From: Alphaproteobacteria bacterium
Lineage (GTDB): Bacteria; Pseudomonadota; Alphaproteobacteria; MPNO01; UBA830
Assembly (NCBI GenBank): GCA_965243135.1
Contig: OZ251539.1
Span: 1,248,001 to 1,312,000 of the forward strand
Reading direction: 5' to 3'
DNA: 64,000 nt
Shown: positions 41,799 to 51,266 of the stretch, piece by piece
Numbering within the stretch: the first letter of the stretch is position 1
Layout: each line of letters opens with the position of its first letter
The notes under the pieces: model-generated
What the model saw: only the letters and a program-made list of their open reading frames with translations
What the model was told of the DNA's origin: nothing
The model's database searches: none
Translations under genes and position numbers: made by a program

Positions 41799-43334
41799 TC
41801 AGGCGGTCTCGCAATCGAAACCGACGACGTTGCGCTCCTCGCGGCTGAACTCCACCCCGATCAGGTGGACCGAACGTCCGAGACGGCGGTACTTGTCCGC
41901 GTAGCCCTTCTCCCGCAGCTGCGCGAGCGCGACCCCCTCCCGCCCGCGCTCCACCACCTTGAACTCGAACAGGTAGACGCGCCCGCCGGCGCGGATCGCC
42001 ATGTCGGCGCGCCCCCGGCTGCCGCTGTCCTCGGCCACCGGCTCGACGCCCTCCATCAGGAAGCAGCTGTGGATGACGCTCGCGTAGTGGGCCTCGTACT
42101 TCGCAACCGGGCTGTTCATGTACCACTGGTGCGGGATGGCGGCGAAAACGCCGCGGAACAGGGTTTCGAGACGCCTGAAGTCGTTCGCCGCCAGCAATTC
42201 GCCCAGCCGCAGGTTCTCCGTCTCCTCGCGGGCCTCGACCGGGAGCAGTTCTTCCAGCAGGGCCTCGCCCAGGCTCTGGCGCACCTCGAGGTTCGGGTAG
42301 TCCAGCCGGTAGCGCCCGTCCTCCTCGCCGGCGATGGTGAGGTAGCCGGTCTGGAACAGAAGCGCCTGGACCGACATCCTGTCCACGTCGAAGGTCGAGA
42401 GCAGGCTCTCGCTGCCGATCATGCCGTCCAGGCGGGGAGTGGGCAGGTCGCGGCGCGCCAGCGTCTCGACCAGGAAGGTCGGCGTGCCGCTCTCGAACCA
42501 GTAGTTGCCGAACCTGCGCTCGGCGAACAGCAGCAGCAGGCCGAACGGGTTGTAGAGCCTCTCCGGCCCGCACCAGTTGTAGCCGTTGTACCAGCGCCGG
42601 ATTTCGTCCCGGTTCAGGCCCTCGAGTTCCGGGGCGAAGACCGTGTCCAGTTCCGCGTCCGTGCAGCCGCAGATGTCCGAGAACTCCGGCGCCAGCGTGA
42701 TGTCGCGCAGGTTGTTCAGGCCCGAGAACAGGCCTGCCTTCGAGAACTTGCTCACCCCCGTCAGGAAGACGAAGCGGAGATGCCTGTCGCAGTCCTTGAT
42801 AACCCCGTACAGGTCGCGCAGGAAGCCGCGGTTGGCCAGCGCCAGTTCCCGGTCGCCGAGCGCGTCCAGGATCGGCTTGTCGTATTCGTCCACCAGCACG
42901 ACCGCCCGCTGCCCGGTGCGCTCGTGCAGTTCGGAGATCAGATGGTGCAGGCGGTCGGAGGCGTCCGGGTAGCCGCATTGGACGCCGGCGCGCTTTTCGG
43001 CGGCGTCGAGCTGCATCATCGCGTTCCTGTGCAGCCGGTCGGGGACGACGAAATTGCGCCCGCCGAAACTGAGCCGCACGACCGGGTAGCGCACTGACCA
43101 GTCCCACTTGCCGTGCACGGCGAGGCCCCGGAACAGCTCCTCGCTTCCTTCGAACAGCTCTTGCAGCGTGTCCACCAGGAGGGTCTTGCCGAACCGGCGC
43201 GGACGCGAGAGGAAATAGTATTTGCCCCTCTCGACGAGGCGGCGCACATGGTCCGTCTTGTCGATGTAGTAGCAGTCCATCCCCCGGATCTCCCGGAGGG
43301 AGGAAAAGCCGATCGGAAGCATGCGTTTCGTCAT
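41799..43334 (-). CDS. AAA-ATPase-like + PD-(D/E)XK nuclease, array copy 11
   Basis: Intact ORF, same motifs. Confidence 0.9.
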   Translation of the reverse strand: MTKRMLPIGFSSLREIRGMDCYYIDKTDHVRRLVERGKYYFLSRPRRFGKTLLVDTLQELFEGSEELFRGLAVHGKWDWSVRYPVVRLSFGGRNFVVPDRLHRNAMMQLDAAEKRAGVQCGYPDASDRLHHLISELHERTGQRAVVLVDEYDKPILDALGDRELALANRGFLRDLYGVIKDCDRHLRFVFLTGVSKFSKAGLFSGLNNLRDITLAPEFSDICGCTDAELDTVFAPELEGLNRDEIRRWYNGYNWCGPERLYNPFGLLLLFAERRFGNYWFESGTPTFLVETLARRDLPTPRLDGMIGSESLLSTFDVDRMSVQALLFQTGYLTIAGEEDGRYRLDYPNLEVRQSLGEALLEELLPVEAREETENLRLGELLAANDFRRLETLFRGVFAAIPHQWYMNSPVAKYEAHYASVIHSCFLMEGVEPVAEDSGSRGRADMAIRAGGRVYLFEFKVVERGREGVALAQLREKGYADKYRRLGRSVHLIGVEFSREERNVVGFDCETA

Positions 43335-44099
43335 TCGAAGAGGGTAGGCCGCCGCGCCGGAACCGTCAAGAAGTCGGCGGCGGCCGGCTTGTCTTGCGCC
43401 GCGTCCCCTGGCGCGACAAGCAGCCGGCAGTTTCCGCGGCGGTACGGGCGACCGGCGGGGAAAAGCGCGGGGGCGAGCGAACCTGTCGCTCCGCGGAAAT
43501 CCCGCCCCGCCGAGGCGAGCGCGTTCGGCACGCGCAACGCGCGGCCTGGAGGCCGCGGGCGGAAGCGAACGCCGACGGAATGCGCTGCCGCCAAAGGCGA
43601 CGCACGTCGACAACGACGTCGACGCCGGATTCGCGAGTCTCGACGGCAAGGTCGACGCCCTCGCCGCGGAAACCGGGGCCGGCGCAACGCGACGGCAAGC
43701 GCCCTCGCCAGGGAAAGCCGCGCGCAACTAGGACGATTGTCGCGGCAGGCCTCGCCGCCCCTGCGTTGGTTCGCCCCGAAGATCCGCACGCGACGACGAC
43801 ATGCGCCTCAAGCGGCGAAACGCCTGAACGCCAGACAACGGTTCCGTCGAACGAGAGCGTCGTCCGGTCGGGCGAGGCGGACCTCCACCTCCTTGAGCGA
43901 AAAATCTTCCGGCGCGGAAATCTCAGCCGTGACCTGTGAGCAACCGAATCGGTTGGCGAAAGTCAGAGAAAAATGCAGCGCAGTGAAAAAATGTGGAATC
44001 ATGCCGCTACCTTGGCGTGAGATCGTCCTGGGTGGAAAGCGACGGCGTCTTGACGGCCCGGCTTCGGCGCCGCAGCTTGGACGATCACGCTGCGGAACA

Positions 44100-44427
44100 A
44101 GTGCAGGAATCCTGAAACCCGCCACCGCAACCTGCCGCTGATGGTCAACAACGCCAAAGTCCTGCCTTGGGCAGGAACCTTGCGTCCTATGCCCTCACCC
44201 TGGTCGAACGGCGGTTGCCGGACGACTGGGATCTCCGTTACGCGTCGCGTCCGGTCCCGCCCGAGACCTTCTGCGAAATGCCGCGCTTCGCGGGAACCTG
44301 CTACCGGGCCGCCAGCAAGGTCGGCGCGACCCAGGGCCGCGCGGCAACACCCGGCGCGAACGCGCTCACCCGGTCAAGGATGCTGAAGCCTCTGCGACGG
44401 GACAGGAGACGGATCCTCAAAAAATAG
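44100..44427 (+). pseudogene. DUF4338 (DruA-like) domain remnant
   Basis: VNNAK.LPW..NLASYALTLVERRLPDDW..RY...ETF...RFAGTCYRAA...VGATQGR parallels the N-terminal domain of the neighbouring transposase. Confidence 0.6.
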
Positions 44428-44927
44428 ACTGTCACTTGACGAACGAACGCTTACGGTTTGGGTTTCTCAAGAACGATTTATTTCCTGATCGGACGCCTTG
44501 TTATCGGCGTTCTTCAAGCCGAGAGCGCCTATAGCCTTCCGAATATCCTGACGAATACGAATTCCGTCGCGGATACGCGCCAAAAAGCCATAGTCCGGTC
44601 TCTTCGCCGGCACGTCGTCAGGGAACATGTGCACGCAAACAAAGGCATCCCAGAGAGTCTCGTCGCGAGAATCTTGGGGTTCGTCAAATTCCTTATGGAG
44701 TCCGAAGGTCATAACGGAAGGGCCTCCCTGAACGCCGCGCATTTCGCCGTGGCCGTGGAACCTCGAGGGCCGACCAGGGGGATCTCGCCGGAACCATTCT
44801 TCGCGAGCTTTCGGTGACCCTCTGCCGCTGCGCGACCGCGAAATCATCCGAGCACGAAAAGGCTTTCCTGCGTCGATCAATCATGACCAGTATTTACGTT
44901 ATTGACGAGCTGTCAACCAACCCCGGA

Positions 44928-46893
44928 CACGGCTAATTTGTTCTAATTCTGTCGTTGTCCGCCGGGTGCCTTCTGCGAGTGTTTTCGGTCATCCGCAAAT
45001 AGTCCAGAACCAGCCGCGGACTTCGCTGGAGGCGCCGGATGGTGGATGCGACGCAGGCGTTCTTGGCCTTGATCAAGCCGATGGCGAAGCGACGCAACCG
45101 CGTCGTGTTTTCGGGTCCGTAGCCGGTACGGATCCGCTGGCGATCCTCGTCCCAGTTCCAGTCGAGGATGTAGTGACTGCTGTTTTCGACCGTCCAGTGC
45201 CCGCGGTTGAACGCGAGTACCTGTGCCGGGCTGGCGGTGCCGGGAGTGTGGCTGGTATAGATCGTTTCCTTGCTGGTTTTTCCGGTTTTCTTGACGGTCA
45301 CATAACGCTCGATCGCGAAGACTTGGCCAACGTCGGGAAAATCGAGATAGTCGTTGAGATCAGTGGACACCCAGACGGCCCGTTCTTCGATTCGTCCGTG
45401 CCGAAGATCGACATCTTCCCGGAAGTCGGGTTCGCCCCTGTCTTTGAAGAGAAGTTCGATATCGGCCAACAGATTCGGCTGGTTTCCCTTGACGGTAAAG
45501 ACGTAGAAAGCTCCCCGCTCGCCGAGGTAGGCGGCGAGTTTCCGCTGGGTCAGCAGGGCATCGACGGTAAAGGTCTTGCCGGAAATATCCGACGTCATCT
45601 GCTCCAACATGGGGATGACCATGCCGATTTCGTTGGTCTGCTTGACTTCGTCCCCGGTCGGCAGTTTTCCGACCTTTTTCTGAACATGCGTGGCGGACGT
45701 TTGGTGGCCGACGGCGCTGATGACATGGACTTGGTTGCCTTCGTCATCGACGGCACCGCGCAGTGTCTTGCCGTCGATCGCGAAAGCGGAATCTTCGAAG
45801 CCGTAGTCGGCGTTGAAGCGTTGCAGGGCAGCGTCCAGCTTGTCGGGGTCGACCCGCACCAGCACAATAACGCTTGTGCTGGGCACATGATATTTTCCGT
45901 TGCGGTGCCTGCAGCAGAACCTTTCCCGCGCCTTCTCGCCAAGAGACTCCACCCACTCCCCCTTGGCCTTGAGGCTGCGCATGCCGCATAGCGCAGCGGC
46001 GGCGGAAAGCGCCAGTATGGTGGCAAGAGAATGACGCTGACCCTGGCGCCGCCGCGGGTCGGGGATATCCATGAAATATTCCGGCAAGGCGCGCATCATG
46101 CTGGCTTCAATCATGATCTTGGGACCTCCATGACGATAGACGGGGGCAAGTTCAACGGCACTCATCCTTGCTCTGGCGTCGGAGGCCAGAGGACGGACGA
46201 AAACGAGTTTGCGGGTGCTCGGGCTGTAGCCGTCGCGATGGCGGCGAAAGCCGCGCGTGCGCCCAAGGCACTGCCAGTTCGCCGCTTTGTAGACAGTGCC
46301 CGGGAAACGCGCCGGATCGACGAAAGTCTCCAGCAACAACAGCGGGTGGCCGAAGCGTTTGGACCAGTCCGACGCAAGCCGTTGTTCACAAAGCGAAAGC
46401 AGGCGCGACGCCAGGTTCCGGCGATGCCAGCCCGGCAGGATCAGGAACCGGCTGTTGTTGGTCACCAGGTGCAGCCGGTCGTACTGGATGCGGAAATCCC
46501 AACCGATCCAGGCATCCCGCGCACGGCACTTCAGGGCCGGAGAGGAAAAGCTCATCAGAGCGATCCACTCGTCACGCCAACGTGCCACGTACCACAGCGT
46601 TTCGCCGATCTTCGGCAATGCGCCCAGATAATGATGAGCCTGCATCAGGCGCTGAAAGCGTCCCTCGTCGTTCGCAGGCTCGACGACAACTTCATGCAGC
46701 ATGGCAACCTCCAAGAAGTTCCATACTGCCGAATCAGTCCGGGGAAGTCCAGTCCTTCGGGTAACCGCATGATTTAGTGGAATTTCTTCTCCAGCAAAGC
46801 CGGCGTGCGGTTTTCTGACCGGCAGGTAGACCGGATCTGGTACCTAAGATCATGTTAATAAAGAGCTTTTACTCGGAGAATAAATCCGCCGTG
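44928..46893 (-). mobile_element. Complete ISAs1-family element
   Basis: IRs cacggctaatttgttct / agaataaatccgccgtg (14/17 match). 10-bp TSD caaccccgga at 44918-44927 and 46894-46903. Confidence 0.88.
44933..46702 (-). CDS. ISAs1-family transposase with N-terminal DUF4338 domain
   Basis: HHYLG...NNSRFLILP...NLAS...LETFVD N-domain; DPRRRQG, AIDGKTLRG, VDALLTQ, VKGNQP, HGRIE, RGHWTVEN..H...D....ED. Confidence 0.88.
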   Translation of the reverse strand: MLHEVVVEPANDEGRFQRLMQAHHYLGALPKIGETLWYVARWRDEWIALMSFSSPALKCRARDAWIGWDFRIQYDRLHLVTNNSRFLILPGWHRRNLASRLLSLCEQRLASDWSKRFGHPLLLLETFVDPARFPGTVYKAANWQCLGRTRGFRRHRDGYSPSTRKLVFVRPLASDARARMSAVELAPVYRHGGPKIMIEASMMRALPEYFMDIPDPRRRQGQRHSLATILALSAAAALCGMRSLKAKGEWVESLGEKARERFCCRHRNGKYHVPSTSVIVLVRVDPDKLDAALQRFNADYGFEDSAFAIDGKTLRGAVDDEGNQVHVISAVGHQTSATHVQKKVGKLPTGDEVKQTNEIGMVIPMLEQMTSDISGKTFTVDALLTQRKLAAYLGERGAFYVFTVKGNQPNLLADIELLFKDRGEPDFREDVDLRHGRIEERAVWVSTDLNDYLDFPDVGQVFAIERYVTVKKTGKTSKETIYTSHTPGTASPAQVLAFNRGHWTVENSSHYILDWNWDEDRQRIRTGYGPENTTRLRRFAIGLIKAKNACVASTIRRLQRSPRLVLDYLRMTENTRRRHPADNDRIRTN

Positions 46894-47502
46894 CAACCCC
46901 GGACCGCCACACAGGCTGTCGGCAGCGCGCGGGCATTATCGGGGTGGGTTGGCCGACGAGTTATGACGCTACTGCGGAAAATTCTTCTCTTCCCCGGGTG
47001 GGTGCATCTCTATTTTTGCCAAACACTTGTTTTTATTTACGGAATCAGGAGTTCCGCCACCGCGACGGCGTTCAGCGTGTCGTTCGCGGCTCCAGTGGCC
47101 ATGCCGACTCGAAGCGACCCGACCAACGCTCTTCGGGATCCTCCCGTTCGGCCCCTTCGAAGGCCGCGAATTTCCCGCACGCCTCTTGCAGCGCGAGCAA
47201 GTGCAGGGCCTCGCGCAGTCGGCTGCCGTGCAGCGGGCGCACGACCGTTCCCAACCGGTACAGGCGCTTGCGCCGGTAGTCGGCGGCGCGCGGTCGTCAG
47301 GGTCGCCTGCAAATGTACGGCAGCTCCGTAGGGACGTTCCCGAGGGACCGGAAAGAAGAACTATCACCGGATTGCTCCCTCGTCGGCGCGACTTCCCGCC
47401 ATGCGGTTCGAATCGCTTGCGGCCCGACAGCCGCCAAGGGCATATTGAAACCGGACTGAAGCTGGCACGCGTTTAATCGGAGGGTCTTTCCTCCGCCGAC
47501 GC

Positions 47503-48606
47503 ATGAAAGGTAAGAAGACGATGCCTGACACGGGATCCCCCGCGATCGAAGACGACGATCTGATACAGGGCGAAGACGCGAGCGACGATGAAATCGCTGA
47601 CCCGGTTCGCTACATCATAACGAGTTACGGGGCGGACATGCCGGTCGACGGGCTCATAAAGCGCTTTGACAATGGAGACGTCTTCATCCCGGACTTTCAG
47701 AGGAACTTTGTCTGGACATTGGCGCAGGCTTCACGTTTCATCGAATCCCTTCTTCTGGGACTTCCGGTTCCCGGAATTTTCCTGTTCAAGGAACCGGATA
47801 CGCAAAAATTGATGGTCGTCGATGGGCAGCAGAGGCTGCAAAGCCTGAAAAAATTTTATGAAGGGAACTTTGCGGAAAAGAGATTCAAGTTGATCGGAGT
47901 CTCGCCGGAATTCGGCAACAAAACGTACCAGGATCTTTCCTCACCTGATCGGCTTCGTTTCGATGATTCAATTATGCACGCAACCATATTCCAGCAGGCA
48001 GATCCCAGTAATGATCGAAGCTCAATATATTCAGTTTTCGAACGTTTGAATACGGGCGGGACACCTCTCACTCCTCAAGAGATTCGGGCGTGCGTGTACA
48101 GAGGAAAGCTCGACAAGATGTTATCGGAATTTGCAGACAATCCCTCGTGGAGAGAGTTATACGGTAAGAGGAACATTCGGAAAAAGGGCGAAGAGATCAT
48201 TTTGCGCTTCTTTTCTCTCTATTTCGATCTCGAAAAATACGAGCGTCCGATGAAGCGATTTCTGAATCTGTTCATGGAAGAGAATCGCGAACCAGACAGG
48301 GATCGGGAGGACGAGCTCCGCAAACTGTTCACAAGGACAGTGGGTGTCGCTGCGGACGTTCTCACGAAGGAAGCGTTTCGTCCAGAAGGGGCTTTCAACG
48401 TTGCGGTCGCGGACGCTACATTGGTGGGCTTGGCGCACAGGTTGCAAAGTGGCGATGTCCGGGATCGCGTCTCCTTGAAATCTCGCCATGACGAGTTGTT
48501 GAGGCGATTGCGGCAGGAAAATCTGCATAAAGTGAGCACTGCCGACAAAGATCGCGTCTTGAGGCGCATTGAATACGCGCGTAAATGTTATGGGTCAGTT
48601 CAATGA
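47503..48606 (+). CDS. DUF262 (ParB/Srx-like, GmrS-type) protein
   Basis: PDFQRNFVW, FIESLLLGLPVP, VDGQQRL, FERLNTGG. Confidence 0.88.
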   Translation: MKGKKTMPDTGSPAIEDDDLIQGEDASDDEIADPVRYIITSYGADMPVDGLIKRFDNGDVFIPDFQRNFVWTLAQASRFIESLLLGLPVPGIFLFKEPDTQKLMVVDGQQRLQSLKKFYEGNFAEKRFKLIGVSPEFGNKTYQDLSSPDRLRFDDSIMHATIFQQADPSNDRSSIYSVFERLNTGGTPLTPQEIRACVYRGKLDKMLSEFADNPSWRELYGKRNIRKKGEEIILRFFSLYFDLEKYERPMKRFLNLFMEENREPDRDREDELRKLFTRTVGVAADVLTKEAFRPEGAFNVAVADATLVGLAHRLQSGDVRDRVSLKSRHDELLRRLRQENLHKVSTADKDRVLRRIEYARKCYGSVQ

Positions 48607-49062
48607 CCGTTCGAGACAGCCAAACCCTGAAAATCGCGATCAATTCCGCACATGAGGGGGCGAACGGTCTTTCGGACGAAAGCCAGACTTTCTCAACTAA
48701 CGACGGTCTTGATTTCCGGCTATCTCGAAGTCATTTGTAGAGACGTTCTGTTAACGTATGTTGAGAGAACATCCGACAAGGGCGTGGCGAGGTTCGTTGG
48801 CAAAAGACTTAAAAGAATTCGCAGTCCTGAGGCTAGCAACATTCTGGAATTGGTCAGATCATTCGATGAAGAACGCGCCGACGAATTGAAGAAATTTCTT
48901 GACGGAGAGATTAAAGAAAGTGTTGATAGCGTGGTTAATTTACGGCATCAAATAGCGCATGGGCGATCGACAGGTACGACCATCGAAACCACAAAGAAGC
49001 AATTTGACGACTCTCAAAAGCTTGAAGAAAAGTTGAGAGAATTGTTTGCTGTAGCGGCGTAA
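48603..49062 (+). CDS. HEPN-domain putative RNase (probable frameshift near 48680)
   Basis: ISGYLE and LRHQIAHG (Rx4H) motifs. The ATG overlapping the DUF262 stop (ATGA) is out of frame with the HEPN body, whose frame has an ATG at 48652. Confidence 0.7.
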
Positions 49063-49244
49063 CGCCTGGGTTACCGCCTCCATGAGGATCGCCGCCTCAT
49101 TGAAGCCGCGTTTCCGTTCAAGCGGGCGTCTCTGGATGCGTTGCATGAGAAGAACGTGCGGCACGGGCATGTTTCAATACCGCACGTCCGGCCGGCGCGG
49201 CGTCCGCTTCCGGCGGCGACCACGCAGTTGCGTACAGGGTAATG

Positions 49245-49642
49245 CGGAGATGCGGCCAAAAAGGGCGGGGCAGGGGTCTTTTAACTCCTCGTTGTTGGGT
49301 CCTTGAGCATGTCGTCGTTCCGCAGCCCCGGTAGATTTGAACGTAAGCCTTGATGTAGCCGTGGATGGTCCAGGGCAGCTGCTCGCGTTGGGATGAAGCC
49401 CGCGAGCCGCTTCACCACGAAGATCCTGGCGCCGAGGTTTGGGGCAGCGCCCTGCTCTTGCCTCGTTCGGCGAGGTCGAGCGCCGTGATTTCATCTTCGT
49501 TCGCGACTTCGGCGGCCGAAGCGTCGGGCCAGTCCCGCGCCAAGCGCTGGAGGTCGAACACCTTGCAGCCGGTGCAGGCGTCGAAGGCGATGCACTTTCG
49601 GGCGGCGTCGCCGAACGGTGGTCTTCGATGTCCGTGCCGGAC
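49245..49642 (-). pseudogene. IS4-family transposase C-terminal remnant, truncated by ISAzo13
   Basis: Minus-strand fragment RKCIAFDACTGCKVFDLQRLARDWPDASA resembles IS4-type C-termini (from memory); end repeated at 24.3 kb. Confidence 0.4.
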
Positions 49643-49645
49643 TTA

Positions 49646-50929
49646 GGGATCTCGCCAAAATAAGATATCTATTCAGGTTGGTTTATTCTATGCTATAATT
49701 TGTGTCATGGAGAACCCCGTGGCACAAATGGTTCGGGCCAAGTTCGTCGCGTTGAAGCCTTTATTCGACGAGCGAACGCGGCGGCGTTGGGCGGCGACGG
49801 AGGCGCGCGCGATCGGTCGCGGCGGCATCGCGCGTGTCGCCGAAGCGACGGGAATGTCGAGAACGACCATCAAGGCCGGGATCGAGGAACTCGACCAGCC
49901 GATGGAAGGCGGACGGATACGTGGTCCGGGCGGAGGCCGGAAGCCGCTCGTTGAGCACGACCCGGATCTTCTGGTTGCTCTTGAGAAGATGGTGGACCCG
50001 GCGACGCGCGGCGACCCGTCGGAACCGTTGCGCTGGACGTGCAGCAGCGCCTCTCGATTGGCGGAGGAGCTTCGGGCGGCCGGGCATCCGGTCAGCGAGC
50101 GGACGGTGAACCGGATGCTTCACCATGCGGGCTACAGCCTGCAGGCCAACCGGAAAACGCTGGAAGGCAACCAGCATCCTGACCGGGATGCGCAATTCAA
50201 GTACATCAACCGGCGTGTGAAGGCTTTTCAAAAGTTGGGTCAGCCGATCGTATCGGTTGATGCGAAAAAGAAGGAACTCGTTGGAAAATATAAGAATAAT
50301 GGCAAGGAGTGGAAGCGCAAGGGGCGGCCCGAAGCTGTCAACGTTCATGATTTTCCGGACAAGGATCTCGGGAAGGCGATCCCTTATGGCATTTACGATT
50401 TGACGAACGATACGGGGTGGGTGAGCGTCGGCGTCGATCATGACACGGCGACATTCGCGGTCGAGACGTTGCGCCGATGGTGGCGCAAGATGGGCAGCCA
50501 GGTCTATCCTGGGGCGCGCCGCTTGCTGATTACGGCCGATGGTGGCGGTTCGAACGGCAGCCGCAACCGCTTGTGGAAATGGGAGTTGCAAAAGCTCGCT
50601 GACGACACCAAGCTTCAGGTCTGCGTTTGTCACTTTCCGCCCGGCACAAGCAAGTGGAACAAAATCGAGCACCGAATGTTTTGCCACATCACCCAGAACT
50701 GGCGCGGTCGCCCGCTGACAAGTCACGAGGTGATTGTGAACCTCATCGGCCATACGACGACGAAAAGCGGCTTGGCGCTCCGGTCCGAGTTGGACGAAAA
50801 CAGCTACCCGACCGGGCAGCCGGTGACGGATGAACAGATGGCTTCCCTGTCTCTCGAGAGAGACAATTTTCACGGGGAATGGAATTACCGCTTCTCGCCA
50901 AAATAAACAATTTATTTTGGCGAGAGACC
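49646..50929 (+). mobile_element. Complete ISAzo13-family element
   Basis: IR core tctcgccaaaataa (49650-49663) / ttattttggcgaga (50912-50925); flanking 3-bp TTA duplication. Confidence 0.85.
49707..50906 (+). CDS. ISAzo13-family transposase
   Basis: TRGDP..PLRWT, HPDRDAQF, SVDAKKKE, ADGGGSNG, PPGTSKWNKIEHRMF, FHGEWNY. Confidence 0.93.
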   Translation: MENPVAQMVRAKFVALKPLFDERTRRRWAATEARAIGRGGIARVAEATGMSRTTIKAGIEELDQPMEGGRIRGPGGGRKPLVEHDPDLLVALEKMVDPATRGDPSEPLRWTCSSASRLAEELRAAGHPVSERTVNRMLHHAGYSLQANRKTLEGNQHPDRDAQFKYINRRVKAFQKLGQPIVSVDAKKKELVGKYKNNGKEWKRKGRPEAVNVHDFPDKDLGKAIPYGIYDLTNDTGWVSVGVDHDTATFAVETLRRWWRKMGSQVYPGARRLLITADGGGSNGSRNRLWKWELQKLADDTKLQVCVCHFPPGTSKWNKIEHRMFCHITQNWRGRPLTSHEVIVNLIGHTTTKSGLALRSELDENSYPTGQPVTDEQMASLSLERDNFHGEWNYRFSPK

Positions 50930-51266
50930 TTAAGCGCCTTGAAATACTCCGCGCCGTTCGTACTGCTTGCGCATCGCACTTTTCAACTCGCCCTCCGCAG
51001 CGAGCGGCAGCCAGTCGAGAGCCTCCGGTCCTGCGGGCGAGCGTGGAGAGAGGCGCGCCGCCGATCCCGTCGCCGGGCAGCGCCGGCCGGACGCGGGCTG
51101 CGCGGCACCCCACGAAGGGCCATCTTGATCCTTCGCCTCGCACCTGCGGCGGAAAACGGATCTCTCGTCGTGAACGCCCGGCTCTTCCCGCACCGCGCCG
51201 GCACCACGCTCAAAAGCGGAAATACCCCTCCTGGTCGGCGGATCGCTGGTCGATGGTCGGCGTCCT

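Noticed and set aside
8519-43097. Long plus-strand ORFs over the array (e.g. 10402-12819, 33886-37227, 39350-41848)
   Set aside because: Antisense shadows of GC-rich minus-strand genes; no motifs, and they recur only because the genes repeat.
28535-43334. Integron cassette array or shufflon
   Set aside because: No integrase or invertase in the window, no attC-like sites recognised, all copies co-oriented and each has its own promoter.
11077-43727. N-terminal extensions of array copies in the ORF track (up to 664 aa)
   Set aside because: Coding homology and the promoter define the start at M(T/A)(K/Q)RMLPIG; the extensions are translated spacer.
44458-44884. Small ORFs between the DUF4338 relic and ISAs1
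   Set aside because: No recognisable motif on either strand; a coding frame cannot be chosen.
44100-46702. Complete Druantia system
   Set aside because: Only DUF4338 domains tied to IS sequences; no DruE helicase or other dru genes.
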